A stretch of DNA of 64,000 nucleotides from a virus: positions 64,001 through 128,000 of the IMG/VR virus record IMGVR_UViG_3300035193_000067, one strand, 5' to 3'. The stretch's first letter is position 1; each line of letters opens with the position of its first letter. The notes under the pieces were generated by a model, which worked only from the letters and a program-made list of their open reading frames with translations, was not told where the DNA came from and searched no databases. The position numbers were made by a program, and so were the translations under genes. This document shows, in pieces, positions 46,134 to 54,533 of the stretch.

Positions 46134-47048
46134 TCATGAGTCCTTAATCTTGAATTCTGTCAAAATCTTCTTGAGGATCACCGGGAGGACATCCTTCATT
46201 GCTTCAGCAAGCCTCTTCAGAACCATCCCGAAGACTTCATCCGGCATGCTGCTGCCTGGGTACTCTGTTTTAAAGCTGTCTCTGCCTTCATCCAGGAGCG
46301 GTTTAAGTCTCTCAATAAAAGCTACTGTAGTCAGCTCCAGCGCCTTGTGAACAGCCTCTCCAGTGATTTTGGTGGTGTTTCTGAGCTTGGACAGATCCTG
46401 TTTCTGCTTAACCAGTGCTGAAACCTGTTTCTGGTATGACTCGATCTCTTCAATAGTGATCTGCTCCTGCGCTTTGATACGATCTTTCAAAGTCTTGTCG
46501 AAATACAGGAGGATCTCCTCAAGACTCTGCACCATCTGCTGAAGACCAATAAACTCTGTCAGCTTTTCATTGGCTGTCTCCACCATGTTGGTGGATGCTT
46601 CAAAGACTGCCGGAGTGATTACAATAGCCTTGGAGGACTTTTTAAACGAAGGATCGTGTCCTCCATTCTCAATCTGATTTTTGCACTGAAGAAAGTCTCT
46701 GCAGTGCCCTGTGGTACCCTCTGATTTAAAACCTGTCAAATGCCTGTCCACATTCTCCCGGTTAAATCGGGAGATCTTCTCAGACTCCTGACGATCCTCA
46801 TTAATGTCGTCAAGGCGGCTGTTTAAGTACCTGATCAGATCTGCCTTGCTGACACCGTCCTTTTCAAATTTCCTGTGAAACTCCAGCCAGGTCTCCGGAT
46901 CGATAATGAACAGTTTACAGATCTTGCAAGTTGGTACCCACTTGTCATTAGCGGAGGATTGCCTGGTTAAGGCCTTTAGAGGAGTACCTGTGGAGGGTTC
47001 CTGAGTAATGCTGTCATTAAAAGGATCTGTATTTGTAAAGTCTTCCAT
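46134..47048 (-). CDS. Hypothetical protein, candidate terminase small subunit
   Basis: N-terminal CKIC...RH..HC Zn-finger/HTH-like region and helical oligomerisation-like region; upstream of terL on the same strand. Confidence 0.4.
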   Translation of the reverse strand: MEDFTNTDPFNDSITQEPSTGTPLKALTRQSSANDKWVPTCKICKLFIIDPETWLEFHRKFEKDGVSKADLIRYLNSRLDDINEDRQESEKISRFNRENVDRHLTGFKSEGTTGHCRDFLQCKNQIENGGHDPSFKKSSKAIVITPAVFEASTNMVETANEKLTEFIGLQQMVQSLEEILLYFDKTLKDRIKAQEQITIEEIESYQKQVSALVKQKQDLSKLRNTTKITGEAVHKALELTTVAFIERLKPLLDEGRDSFKTEYPGSSMPDEVFGMVLKRLAEAMKDVLPVILKKILTEFKIKDS

Positions 47049-47082
47049 AATAGTAATTACTTTTTATGGAGGACCTGAAGAA

Positions 47083-47538
47083 TTATTTATTCTTTTGAAG
47101 CTCTTCCAGGGCGTCCTTGAGAGCTTCCTTCAGCATCTCCCGTTCTGACTCATCCCTCTTGCGGAGATCTGATTGAATGGTCTGAATGGAGGCTTTGTTG
47201 TTCTCCACAGAGTAATCCAGTTTGTCAATAAGGCGTACCGCAGCTATTCCTGTGGTAAGGAAGAATACAAGAAGAGCTATACCAATTCCTGCCTGCCATC
47301 TGTACAGAGTCTTGACAGATCTTTCATTTTCTATAGAGGTTTCCTTCAAATCATTAATTCTATCTGAAGCAGTACATACATGTTCTACAGGTATTGATGT
47401 AGAGATGTCACTCAATCTGTCTGAAAGGTGATTCAGTTCTCTTTTAACACTTTCTCTATAATCACTGCATGAATCTCTTTGAGCGTTTAAATCGTCCTGC
47501 AGGACTTCCAGGGTTGTTGGCATTTTCTTACGGACCAT
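47083..47538 (-). CDS. Coiled-coil membrane protein (single TM)
   Basis: AGIGIALLVFFLTTGIAAV TM flanked by coiled coils. Confidence 0.55.
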   Translation of the reverse strand: MVRKKMPTTLEVLQDDLNAQRDSCSDYRESVKRELNHLSDRLSDISTSIPVEHVCTASDRINDLKETSIENERSVKTLYRWQAGIGIALLVFFLTTGIAAVRLIDKLDYSVENNKASIQTIQSDLRKRDESEREMLKEALKDALEELQKNK

Positions 47539-47651
47539 GATGTGAGGACATTCCTTTGCATTGAATCAGATCTTCCAAGTTTCATTATATTACAGATTTA
47601 ATAGAATTTATTAAATACACTATCTATTCAGCTATATAAAAAATATTTTAA

Positions 47652-47863
47652 TAAAAGTAGAATCTAAAATAATAGGATAAAGCCGGAGCTCGCTTGCGAG
47701 CGGATGGCTGCCTAAAACGATGGTAAAAAAGGTAAAACCACTTTTTACATAGATCCCCTTTAGAATTAAACGTTTTTAACAGTGTCTGTCGTTCTTACCG
47801 TTTATTTTCTATCCGCCATCCGCTTCGCTACGGCGTCATCCTTTTATTTTTACGGATCTATTT
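47652..47863. repeat. Long imperfect inverted repeat / multi-stem structure in the divergent non-coding region
   Basis: AGCGGATGGC (47699-47708) pairs with GCCATCCGCT (47815-47824); the flanks also pair (GCCG/CGGC, AGGAT/ATCCT, AT-rich arms). Confidence 0.7.
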
Positions 47864-48448
47864 TTTCTATCATTTTCTATTTACTGATCTGTTTGAAATC
47901 TGTTTAAGTCGTAAATCTGTTTGAGGTTTTTCAATGAGTTTTACGTTGAAAAGTTGTTGTCGGTTTCAAAAGGAATGTGTTTAAGTACTTTTTTCGCAAA
48001 ACCTCATCCTTTTTTCAGACAGAAGATTGGGACTCACTAATGATTCTGTAAAGTACTGTAGATATTGGGTAAAGTATAAAATGTGCTAATTTCGCTTCGC
48101 TGAAAGATGCATTAACGTACATTCCTGAAAATGTAATAGTATTCATCAAACACTCAGAATATCTATATTTATAAAAATAATCTTTTTTAAACTTTTTTAA
48201 TATCGCCTAATCTCTGTTAAGAATTACTGTATTATTACAGTACAATTTTACCGAATTTTAATAATTATAAACTTTTTTAGTATTACTAGAAAAAGGTGAG
48301 CAGATCATAAAATCATTAGTGAGTCAAGCAAAAAATGAATAAAATGGTAGTTTTATTTTGATAAATTTTCTTGCTAAAAATAGGTGGGTGCTTTATGTTA
48401 TGAATGAATCCACTTTGGTAGTGGTTTGTTAATTTAACGGAGGTAGAT

Positions 48449-48646
48449 ATGCGTAAATTAAAAGCTGATAAGATTTTGGACCAGATTAAAGAACTCAATA
48501 AGGAGCTTGAAGCTCATCAATCAAAATGTAAGCATACAAAAGTGATTGAGGTAACAGATGATTATGGTACGACTACAACGTGTGGAATATGCAAGCTTTC
48601 CAGATTTACACCACGATGTACTTACTGGTATGATGCGGATCAATAA
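48449..48646 (+). CDS. Small protein with CKH and CGIC (possible Zn ribbon)
   Basis: GGAGG RBS; first plus-strand gene. Confidence 0.6.
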   Translation: MRKLKADKILDQIKELNKELEAHQSKCKHTKVIEVTDDYGTTTTCGICKLSRFTPRCTYWYDADQ

Positions 48647-48783
48647 GTATGCTGATTAATTAGTGTAATCTATCTTAAGTAGATTATTGATACTACAATA
48701 TTTTAAGAGGCTTTATAAACGCTACCAAGCCTAGTATATAATACGTAAAGGTGTACTGTCAACTGTTTTACGTAGGAGAGGTA

Positions 48784-49128
48784 ATGACAACTTTATACAT
48801 AAAAAATCTGACAAATAAAAATATTTCTATCGATGGAGGTGGTGAATCTCCTTTAAGGTTGTATATAACCCCTGCAGTAGGCAGAAATTATGCAACAATA
48901 GATGATTCTAATCTTGTAGGAGATACTGTTGCATGTAATTTTATTGCATCTTTAATTTCTGAAAGTAAGGTTTTAGTATCGGTTGGATCTATAACCGGAA
49001 CATCTGTATCTGCTGCATCTATTCTTAAATATGCGTCGGGTACTCAATGGAGTGCGCCTGAAGGTAATGGTGCTATCAATAAGCTAAAGAGCGCTGCGGT
49101 GAGAAGGGTTGATGTTGTTTGGGGATAG
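48784..49128 (+). CDS. Probable virion protein N-terminal domain, paralogue of the 50363..51097 N-terminus
   Basis: ATG 48784 with AGGAGAGG RBS; about 90 aa align closely with the 50363 gene. Confidence 0.65.
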   Translation: MTTLYIKNLTNKNISIDGGGESPLRLYITPAVGRNYATIDDSNLVGDTVACNFIASLISESKVLVSVGSITGTSVSAASILKYASGTQWSAPEGNGAINKLKSAAVRRVDVVWG

Positions 49129-50227
49129 CAACCAACATTATGATGATAAAGGGTTTGACTGGGCTATTAATAACTACTTGTCTAATACATACGGAAATTA
49201 TGCCAGCCCAGTTTTTTGTAATGAAGTTTATCCTTTTCAGGCTACTGATTCTTTTCTTGGTCTACTGGATGTGCCTGATACTATAAATACGAACCATGCT
49301 GACTATTTTATTAACGACGGGAAGGGTACTTTTACTTCAACAACAAGCGTCAGACACGGTATTAGAGCTTATCAGGGTGGGAATTTTAATTTGTCATCAG
49401 CTAAGCTTAGGTACTGGTATGGCTGGGCTGGGTTTGACAGTGGTTCCGGAAATTTTACCCCAAAATTTAGAAATGCTACAGCATCTTCAACTATTCAACT
49501 ATTTGATGTGGTACCTACTAATAAAGGAGTTTTTGATCGGCAAGTTGGTTACTTTGATGTAGATGGAAGTGGTAAAGATTATGATTTCGGCTTTTATGCT
49601 ACAAATGGTACTCTTAATGCTCCAGCCACACTTTTGTTTCACAGAGTTGAAGACAGAGAGAAAATATCAGGCATCAGTTGTCATTCATTATATGGGGTAA
49701 GCGGTGCTTCCTTATATGATGCAGCTGTACAGATGAATACATGGACTCTTGGACAACTTACAGGATATTTCTCTGAAGTTAGAAGGTTACAACAAGCACA
49801 GGGCCAAGTTCCTATTATAGTAATTTATATAAATTTTGGAATTAATGATCGATCTGAGTTATCAAGGAGTATAGGAATTTACAGAGAAATTAGCTCTACT
49901 CCTGAAGGTTATCTTGATAATTTGTTGAATATTACCGACAGAATAAAATCAGTATGGGATTATAACGGCTGGGATCAATCAGAACTTTCATTTTTGATAG
50001 TACCTTCACATGTAATAGCCAGCCCTGATGATTCTACACTAGTATCTTACAGAGAGATAGCTAAGCAGGTAGAAAGAAATAGAGACGATTTTACTGTAAT
50101 TGATTTAGCCAAGGATCTTACGTATCAGGATTTTGTTAATAATGATTGGTACTCTACTACAGTTAATCATCTATCTACGGCAGGTTATACTGCTGTAACT
50201 GAAAAAATATTTGAGGGTATTAGTTAG
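49109..50227 (+). CDS. SGNH/GDSL-family hydrolase (esterase)
   Basis: GDSN block I, INFGIND block III, NHLSTAGY block V; may be the +1-frame continuation of the 48784 gene. Confidence 0.75.
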   Translation: MMLFGDSNQHYDDKGFDWAINNYLSNTYGNYASPVFCNEVYPFQATDSFLGLLDVPDTINTNHADYFINDGKGTFTSTTSVRHGIRAYQGGNFNLSSAKLRYWYGWAGFDSGSGNFTPKFRNATASSTIQLFDVVPTNKGVFDRQVGYFDVDGSGKDYDFGFYATNGTLNAPATLLFHRVEDREKISGISCHSLYGVSGASLYDAAVQMNTWTLGQLTGYFSEVRRLQQAQGQVPIIVIYINFGINDRSELSRSIGIYREISSTPEGYLDNLLNITDRIKSVWDYNGWDQSELSFLIVPSHVIASPDDSTLVSYREIAKQVERNRDDFTVIDLAKDLTYQDFVNNDWYSTTVNHLSTAGYTAVTEKIFEGIS

Positions 50228-50362
50228 CATCACGCAATAGTACTCTTTTACTCTATCAATTATACCTACCAACCCCCCCTCCTCTTAACAAAATCTACAG
50301 ATAGTATGATATGATTTGTATAGTATACTACCATAATTTTAATCACAGGAGTAAAGAAAAAA

Positions 50363-51097
50363 ATGGCAACGTTGTACGTAAAAAATTTAACAAGCAATAA
50401 CATTTCTATTGATGGAGAAGGTGAAACGCCTGTACGACTGTACATTTCTCCTTCAGTAGGAGCTAATTATGCAACAGTAAGTGATACTGTTCTTTTGGGA
50501 GATACCACTGCTTGTACAGCTCTCTCGAACCTGATCACCAACAGCAAGGTATCTGTCACTATTGGATCACTGAGTGGTACTTCAGTTACTGCCGCAGGGA
50601 TGCTGAAATACGCTTCCGGTACTCAGTGGGATACTAATGCAAGTGGAGCCCTGGAAGTAACTGATGCATCTGACAATTCCAACTACATACAAACCCGTCA
50701 AGATCTTCGTATGCAGCGATTGGCTGTTACAGGTCTTGCTGTAGATACGCTGAACGACGAAGTATCTGCTGCCCTGGGCGGAGCTGCTACAGACCTTTTC
50801 GTTCCTCAGAAGCTTATTGTACATTTGGAAGACGTTGGCGCAGGTGCTGCTGCAACTGGTGACTTCGAGATTACTGTAGGAACTGCTACAGGTGGTACTC
50901 AGCTGCTTACAGCAACTGCATGCACAAACTGCAAAGATCTGAATGATTGTTTCACTATCGCTTTCGCAGGTCTTCAGGATGCTATTACAGCGGATTCCAC
51001 GATCTTCGTAAAATGTACCACAGCAGACACTTCAGCAGGTGCTGGTCATCTGGCAGACACATACCTCATCGGTGAGCTTATTGTAGCTGGCGCATAA
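50363..51097 (+). CDS. Probable virion decoration/fibre protein
   Basis: Ala/Thr/Gly-rich, AGGAG RBS; shares its N-domain with the 48784 gene; loose late-promoter motif at 50291-50315. Confidence 0.55.
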   Translation: MATLYVKNLTSNNISIDGEGETPVRLYISPSVGANYATVSDTVLLGDTTACTALSNLITNSKVSVTIGSLSGTSVTAAGMLKYASGTQWDTNASGALEVTDASDNSNYIQTRQDLRMQRLAVTGLAVDTLNDEVSAALGGAATDLFVPQKLIVHLEDVGAGAAATGDFEITVGTATGGTQLLTATACTNCKDLNDCFTIAFAGLQDAITADSTIFVKCTTADTSAGAGHLADTYLIGELIVAGA

Positions 51098-51135
51098 TCC
51101 TCCTTTCATTTTTTAATCCAAAAATAAAATATTTG

Positions 51136-51164
51136 TTGACACAGGCAATATCTCTGGTTAATCT
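51136..51164 (+). promoter_or_regulatory. Sigma70-type promoter TTGACA-N17-TAATCT
   Basis: Perfect -35, 17-bp spacer, AT-rich upstream tract. Confidence 0.6.
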
Positions 51165-51284
51165 GTTATAGAAACTCAGTGATGGTCACTGATGATTAAC
51201 ACCTGGAGGCACCAGGTCCTGATGAGGATCTGTCGGAGATCTGTTGATACAGGAGCTGCTACTGCAGTATGCCGCTGTAAAAAA

Positions 51285-51608
51285 ATGAAACTGATAATAT
51301 TCCATCAAAATTCTGACGGTCTCGTGCATTTTATGCAGAGATCACAAAAACACATCAAATGTGGCCAGGCAACTGAGTACTACTATTCAGGAAGAAACGT
51401 AGTTACTATTATTAATGAAGATCTGTATTTCTACATTCTTGCAGATAATTTTACAGACTTTATTCAATCTCTGCAGATTAATCCGGAGGATTTTGAAGTG
51501 GTCTTCGGAGACTCTGATGATCTCCGCAGGAAGATTATGGGAAGTAAAACACCGTTTATCAAAGATGAGATCATTACAGCCCAAATTGTGTTTGATGAGA
51601 GGTTTTAG
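51285..51608 (+). CDS. Hypothetical protein
   Basis: Likely start MKLIIF at 51285 (track 51192). Confidence 0.5.
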   Translation: MKLIIFHQNSDGLVHFMQRSQKHIKCGQATEYYYSGRNVVTIINEDLYFYILADNFTDFIQSLQINPEDFEVVFGDSDDLRRKIMGSKTPFIKDEIITAQIVFDERF

Positions 51609-51612
51609 GGTT

Positions 51613-52023
51613 ATGTTATCAGTGAATCAATTATTAGGTGTAATCAGAGGCACCCAAACCACAAAACCAGATCCAGAGGATTCTGAAAGCCTTTTTATTC
51701 CAGCCATATATGTTGAGCGGATTGACCCTGAAACGGGAGAGCCTACATACCATAGGGAACCGGAGGATCTTCCAATGGATGAAGATCTCTATTTAACTCT
51801 ATCAGTCGAGCAGAAATCAAAATACATAGCAGCCAAGACAGTTCTGTTTAAATTTCTGGACATTGATGAAGTTGATGTGCGGGAAGTCATGCATATGGTG
51901 GGAGAGGTCGATTCAGAAGTGGAGAAGGCAGCTATCATAGAAATACTGAACTACGCTCAATACATAGAAACACAGGGAGAGCTTCCTACCGGAGTCTTCT
52001 CAAACCTGTCAATCTTTAAATAA
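51613..52023 (+). CDS. Acidic hypothetical protein
   Basis: Likely start MLSVNQ at 51613 (track 51415). Confidence 0.55.
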   Translation: MLSVNQLLGVIRGTQTTKPDPEDSESLFIPAIYVERIDPETGEPTYHREPEDLPMDEDLYLTLSVEQKSKYIAAKTVLFKFLDIDEVDVREVMHMVGEVDSEVEKAAIIEILNYAQYIETQGELPTGVFSNLSIFK

Positions 52024-52034
52024 AGGAGAGTGCC

Positions 52035-52406
52035 ATGACTGAGAAAAACGATAATTACGTAAAACTGCTTGAGATTCGATTAAAAACTGCCGAAGATCTG
52101 ATTGAGAAAATCAGAGAAATATGTAAAGTTCCTCCAGGAAAAAGTATCCTTGATTACCTGAAACCTGCGGCAGCTCCTGCGGATAAGCCTGTAGCAAGAG
52201 ATGTTAGAGCGGGAAAAGCTATTGACAGAATTGAAAGAGAAAATCTCAAGCGTATACTGAGTCAGCACGGGGTTAGTGTAAATGAAAAAGACTCATCAAA
52301 ACGTTTACTGAGAATGGCGTTAGCTTCGGTTGATTTCAGTCAACTTGATAAAATTGATATAACTTTTCTTGAAAGAGTAGCATCAAGTCTCCAGGATCTC
52401 AAATAG
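52035..52406 (+). CDS. Hypothetical protein
   Basis: AGGAG RBS. Confidence 0.6.
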   Translation: MTEKNDNYVKLLEIRLKTAEDLIEKIREICKVPPGKSILDYLKPAAAPADKPVARDVRAGKAIDRIERENLKRILSQHGVSVNEKDSSKRLLRMALASVDFSQLDKIDITFLERVASSLQDLK

Positions 52407-52646
52407 ATCATGAGAGAAACGGGGATCATGATGAACTTTTGCATGACAGTTCTTGCACAGACATGCACATTTGTCCAACTCTGCAAAGAATTCTTCAGAA
52501 GCAGAAGAATAGCTGCTTATGTTTTGAACCTTCAGAGGTGGGTTTATGTGATGAAAGTCCAGAGATGCCAAACACTCAACAGGCCCGCAAAAGAGACATC
52601 CTCCTCCCAGGTAATCAACAGCAATCTTTTTAAGATCTGCATGCAT
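52383..52646 (-). CDS. HNH endonuclease
   Basis: CLFCG...LDFHHINP...ELDKCACLCKNCHAKVH. Confidence 0.85.
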   Translation of the reverse strand: MHADLKKIAVDYLGGGCLFCGPVECLASLDFHHINPPLKVQNISSYSSASEEFFAELDKCACLCKNCHAKVHHDPRFSHDLFEILET

Positions 52647-52695
52647 GGATTGATTATATCACAAGTCCTATGCAATTAACTAAAGGTAATATTTT

Positions 52696-53013
52696 ATGAC
52701 AACTGTAATTAAGGATTGGTACTTCCCTGAAGAATCGAAAGAAATTGAAAACTTTGATCTGCACACTCCTGCCGGAGGAATTGTCAGCAAGACATTTTAC
52801 GAGACAGATAAAAACGTAATCACAATTCTTCCTAAATATGATATTGATTATGAATGCTTTGGAGAGTTTCTCCCGTTTCTGTTGGATTATGATCTGTTGG
52901 CTTCAGATCCTTCTTTAAAGGAAATTAAGAATCACGTCAAAGGGTTAATCAAACGATTGGAGGCTTCAGGTGAGATACTAAAGTACCGTAAACAGAACAG
53001 GGATCAGGCATGA
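52696..53013 (+). CDS. Hypothetical protein
   Basis: ORF track; coupled to the next gene. Confidence 0.55.
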   Translation: MTTVIKDWYFPEESKEIENFDLHTPAGGIVSKTFYETDKNVITILPKYDIDYECFGEFLPFLLDYDLLASDPSLKEIKNHVKGLIKRLEASGEILKYRKQNRDQA

Positions 53014-53234
53014 GTAAAAAGAAGTTGAAACCTGGGAAGTTTATTTCAAAGGCTGGTGATTTTAGTTCACACGAAAAATACATAATCAATAAAATTCTTT
53101 CAGGAGATTCCATGGATACTGAAGAGATTTATGGTATTTTGAGTCGAAAATATCCACCGAACAAACTTATGGGTGCTTTGGAGTCCTTAATGAGTAAAAT
53201 CGAAAAAATTCGAATGGAAAGTGAGTCTGAATAA
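53010..53234 (+). CDS. Small basic protein
   Basis: ATGA and TAATG couplings. Confidence 0.55.
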   Translation: MSKKKLKPGKFISKAGDFSSHEKYIINKILSGDSMDTEEIYGILSRKYPPNKLMGALESLMSKIEKIRMESESE

Positions 53235-53515
53235 TGTGTTACTGTCTAAGATGTGATTGTTGGGGTGCTACTGTTGATAAGCTGTCAGGCATTGCTCTGT
53301 GTCCGGAATGCAAGGATTATTCAGATACGGAAGAGGATTATTCTTCATCCATAGGTGTTCTTCTTGGCCGTACCATGTCTCTGGAAAGTAGTGTATCCGT
53401 TCCTGAAAATATCCTAAGACAGCTGCCGGAACCTTTGGATCCGTTGTTTGCCTTCGGAGACTGCATTAAAGCTAAACATTTTCCACTACAGGAGCTGGGT
53501 GAATGGGACTTTTAA
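53234..53515 (+). CDS. Zn-finger hypothetical protein
   Basis: CLRC...CPEC. Confidence 0.55.
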   Translation: MCYCLRCDCWGATVDKLSGIALCPECKDYSDTEEDYSSSIGVLLGRTMSLESSVSVPENILRQLPEPLDPLFAFGDCIKAKHFPLQELGEWDF

Positions 53516-53673
53516 GTTCTCCTGAATACCACCTGGGAGAGATAACCACTGCTGCAGAAGAGATTGCGGAGTTGCTGCTGAAACCTAATTGTCAAAAGCC
53601 TCAGGTATTCACTGAAGTTGAGATAATTATCGATCATGTGGAAAAATTGAAAAAAATTATTGACAGCAAATAA
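53503..53673 (+). CDS. Small hypothetical protein (56 aa, MGLLSSPEYH...)
   Basis: AGGAG RBS; absent from the track. Confidence 0.45.
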   Translation: MGLLSSPEYHLGEITTAAEEIAELLLKPNCQKPQVFTEVEIIIDHVEKLKKIIDSK

Positions 53674-53688
53674 TATCAGGGTTACTAT
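53660..53688 (+). promoter_or_regulatory. Sigma70-type promoter TTGACA-N17-TACTAT
   Basis: Near-consensus with an A-rich upstream tract. Confidence 0.7.
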
Positions 53689-53730
53689 TATCTTAACAGC
53701 AGTTACGCTGTCAAAAACCTGGGGGTATTT

Positions 53731-54015
53731 ATGATACGTTTTAAAATCACTAAGAAAAAAGGCGGGGTGCTGCGTGTGTCTTTGGATCCTAATGAGAAAA
53801 ACACTCTGGAAACGTTGCTGGGCATGAAACATCTGAGAGTAATACCTGAGGAAGAAATGGAAATGCTGTCAGAGATCCTTGAAGGTGAAACACTTCGTTC
53901 TCAGTTTGCCCGATTTGCTATGCAGGTTGGGAATCTGGATGATGCCTTCGATGTTCTTGGTGTGATGCCATCAGGTTCTGAAGAAGCCACTGTTGCCCTT
54001 CCAGGGAGGAGATGA
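53731..54015 (+). CDS. Hypothetical protein
   Basis: First gene after the promoter. Confidence 0.6.
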   Translation: MIRFKITKKKGGVLRVSLDPNEKNTLETLLGMKHLRVIPEEEMEMLSEILEGETLRSQFARFAMQVGNLDDAFDVLGVMPSGSEEATVALPGRR

Positions 54016-54224
54016 CTGTTGTTATGATTACGAGCTGCAACAATGACACTTTAAAATACTATGTCCTGAAGCATTTGGATACTCATGCAGATTTGGATAA
54101 GGATGGTGAAGTTACAGGTGATGTTGCACAATATAAAAACCTTTCCGAGGCAGTTACTGCACGGAATAATTTTGGTAATTGTTACATTGATATGAGAAGG
54201 TTTCATATCGAGATTGAGATTTGA
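54012..54224 (+). CDS. Hypothetical protein
   Basis: ATGA overlap; GGAGG RBS. Confidence 0.55.
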   Translation: MTVVMITSCNNDTLKYYVLKHLDTHADLDKDGEVTGDVAQYKNLSEAVTARNNFGNCYIDMRRFHIEIEI

Positions 54225-54226
54225 TT

Positions 54227-54520
54227 ATGGAAAAACATGAATACCCAATATGCCTGGTAAAAATTGAAACAGAAGGAGGTGTGTCATACGAAGCATCACT
54301 TCCAGACTTTTCCTACATGGAGTTGTGCGGCAGAGGTAAAACAGCTACTGCTGCATTAAAAGATGCACGGCAGCAGAAAAATCTTCTGTTTAAAGATTAT
54401 GTGGATAAAGGAATCGATCTCCCAATACCTAACTCAGTATTTTGCAATATTGACTCAGTACGTCATCAGCTCAACTATCTGTACCTGGGTAAAAAGTACA
54501 CAGCTTTCATGATTCACTAG
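54227..54520 (+). CDS. HicB-like antitoxin (orphan)
   Basis: YPI...EGGVSYEASLPDF...GKT...ALKDA...GIDLPIP matches the HicB N-terminal fold; no hicA nearby. Confidence 0.75.
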   Translation: MEKHEYPICLVKIETEGGVSYEASLPDFSYMELCGRGKTATAALKDARQQKNLLFKDYVDKGIDLPIPNSVFCNIDSVRHQLNYLYLGKKYTAFMIH

Positions 54521-54533
54521 AAAGGATCTCTAT

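Noticed and set aside
47540-48450. tRNA genes in the large non-coding region
   Set aside because: No cloverleaf or GTTCRA T-loop pattern found by eye; tRNAscan-SE would settle it.
51171-51250. Canonical hammerhead ribozyme or fluoride riboswitch
   Set aside because: CUGAUGA is present, but GAAA does not follow stem II and the riboswitch pseudoknot bases are missing; kept only as an unclassified structured RNA.
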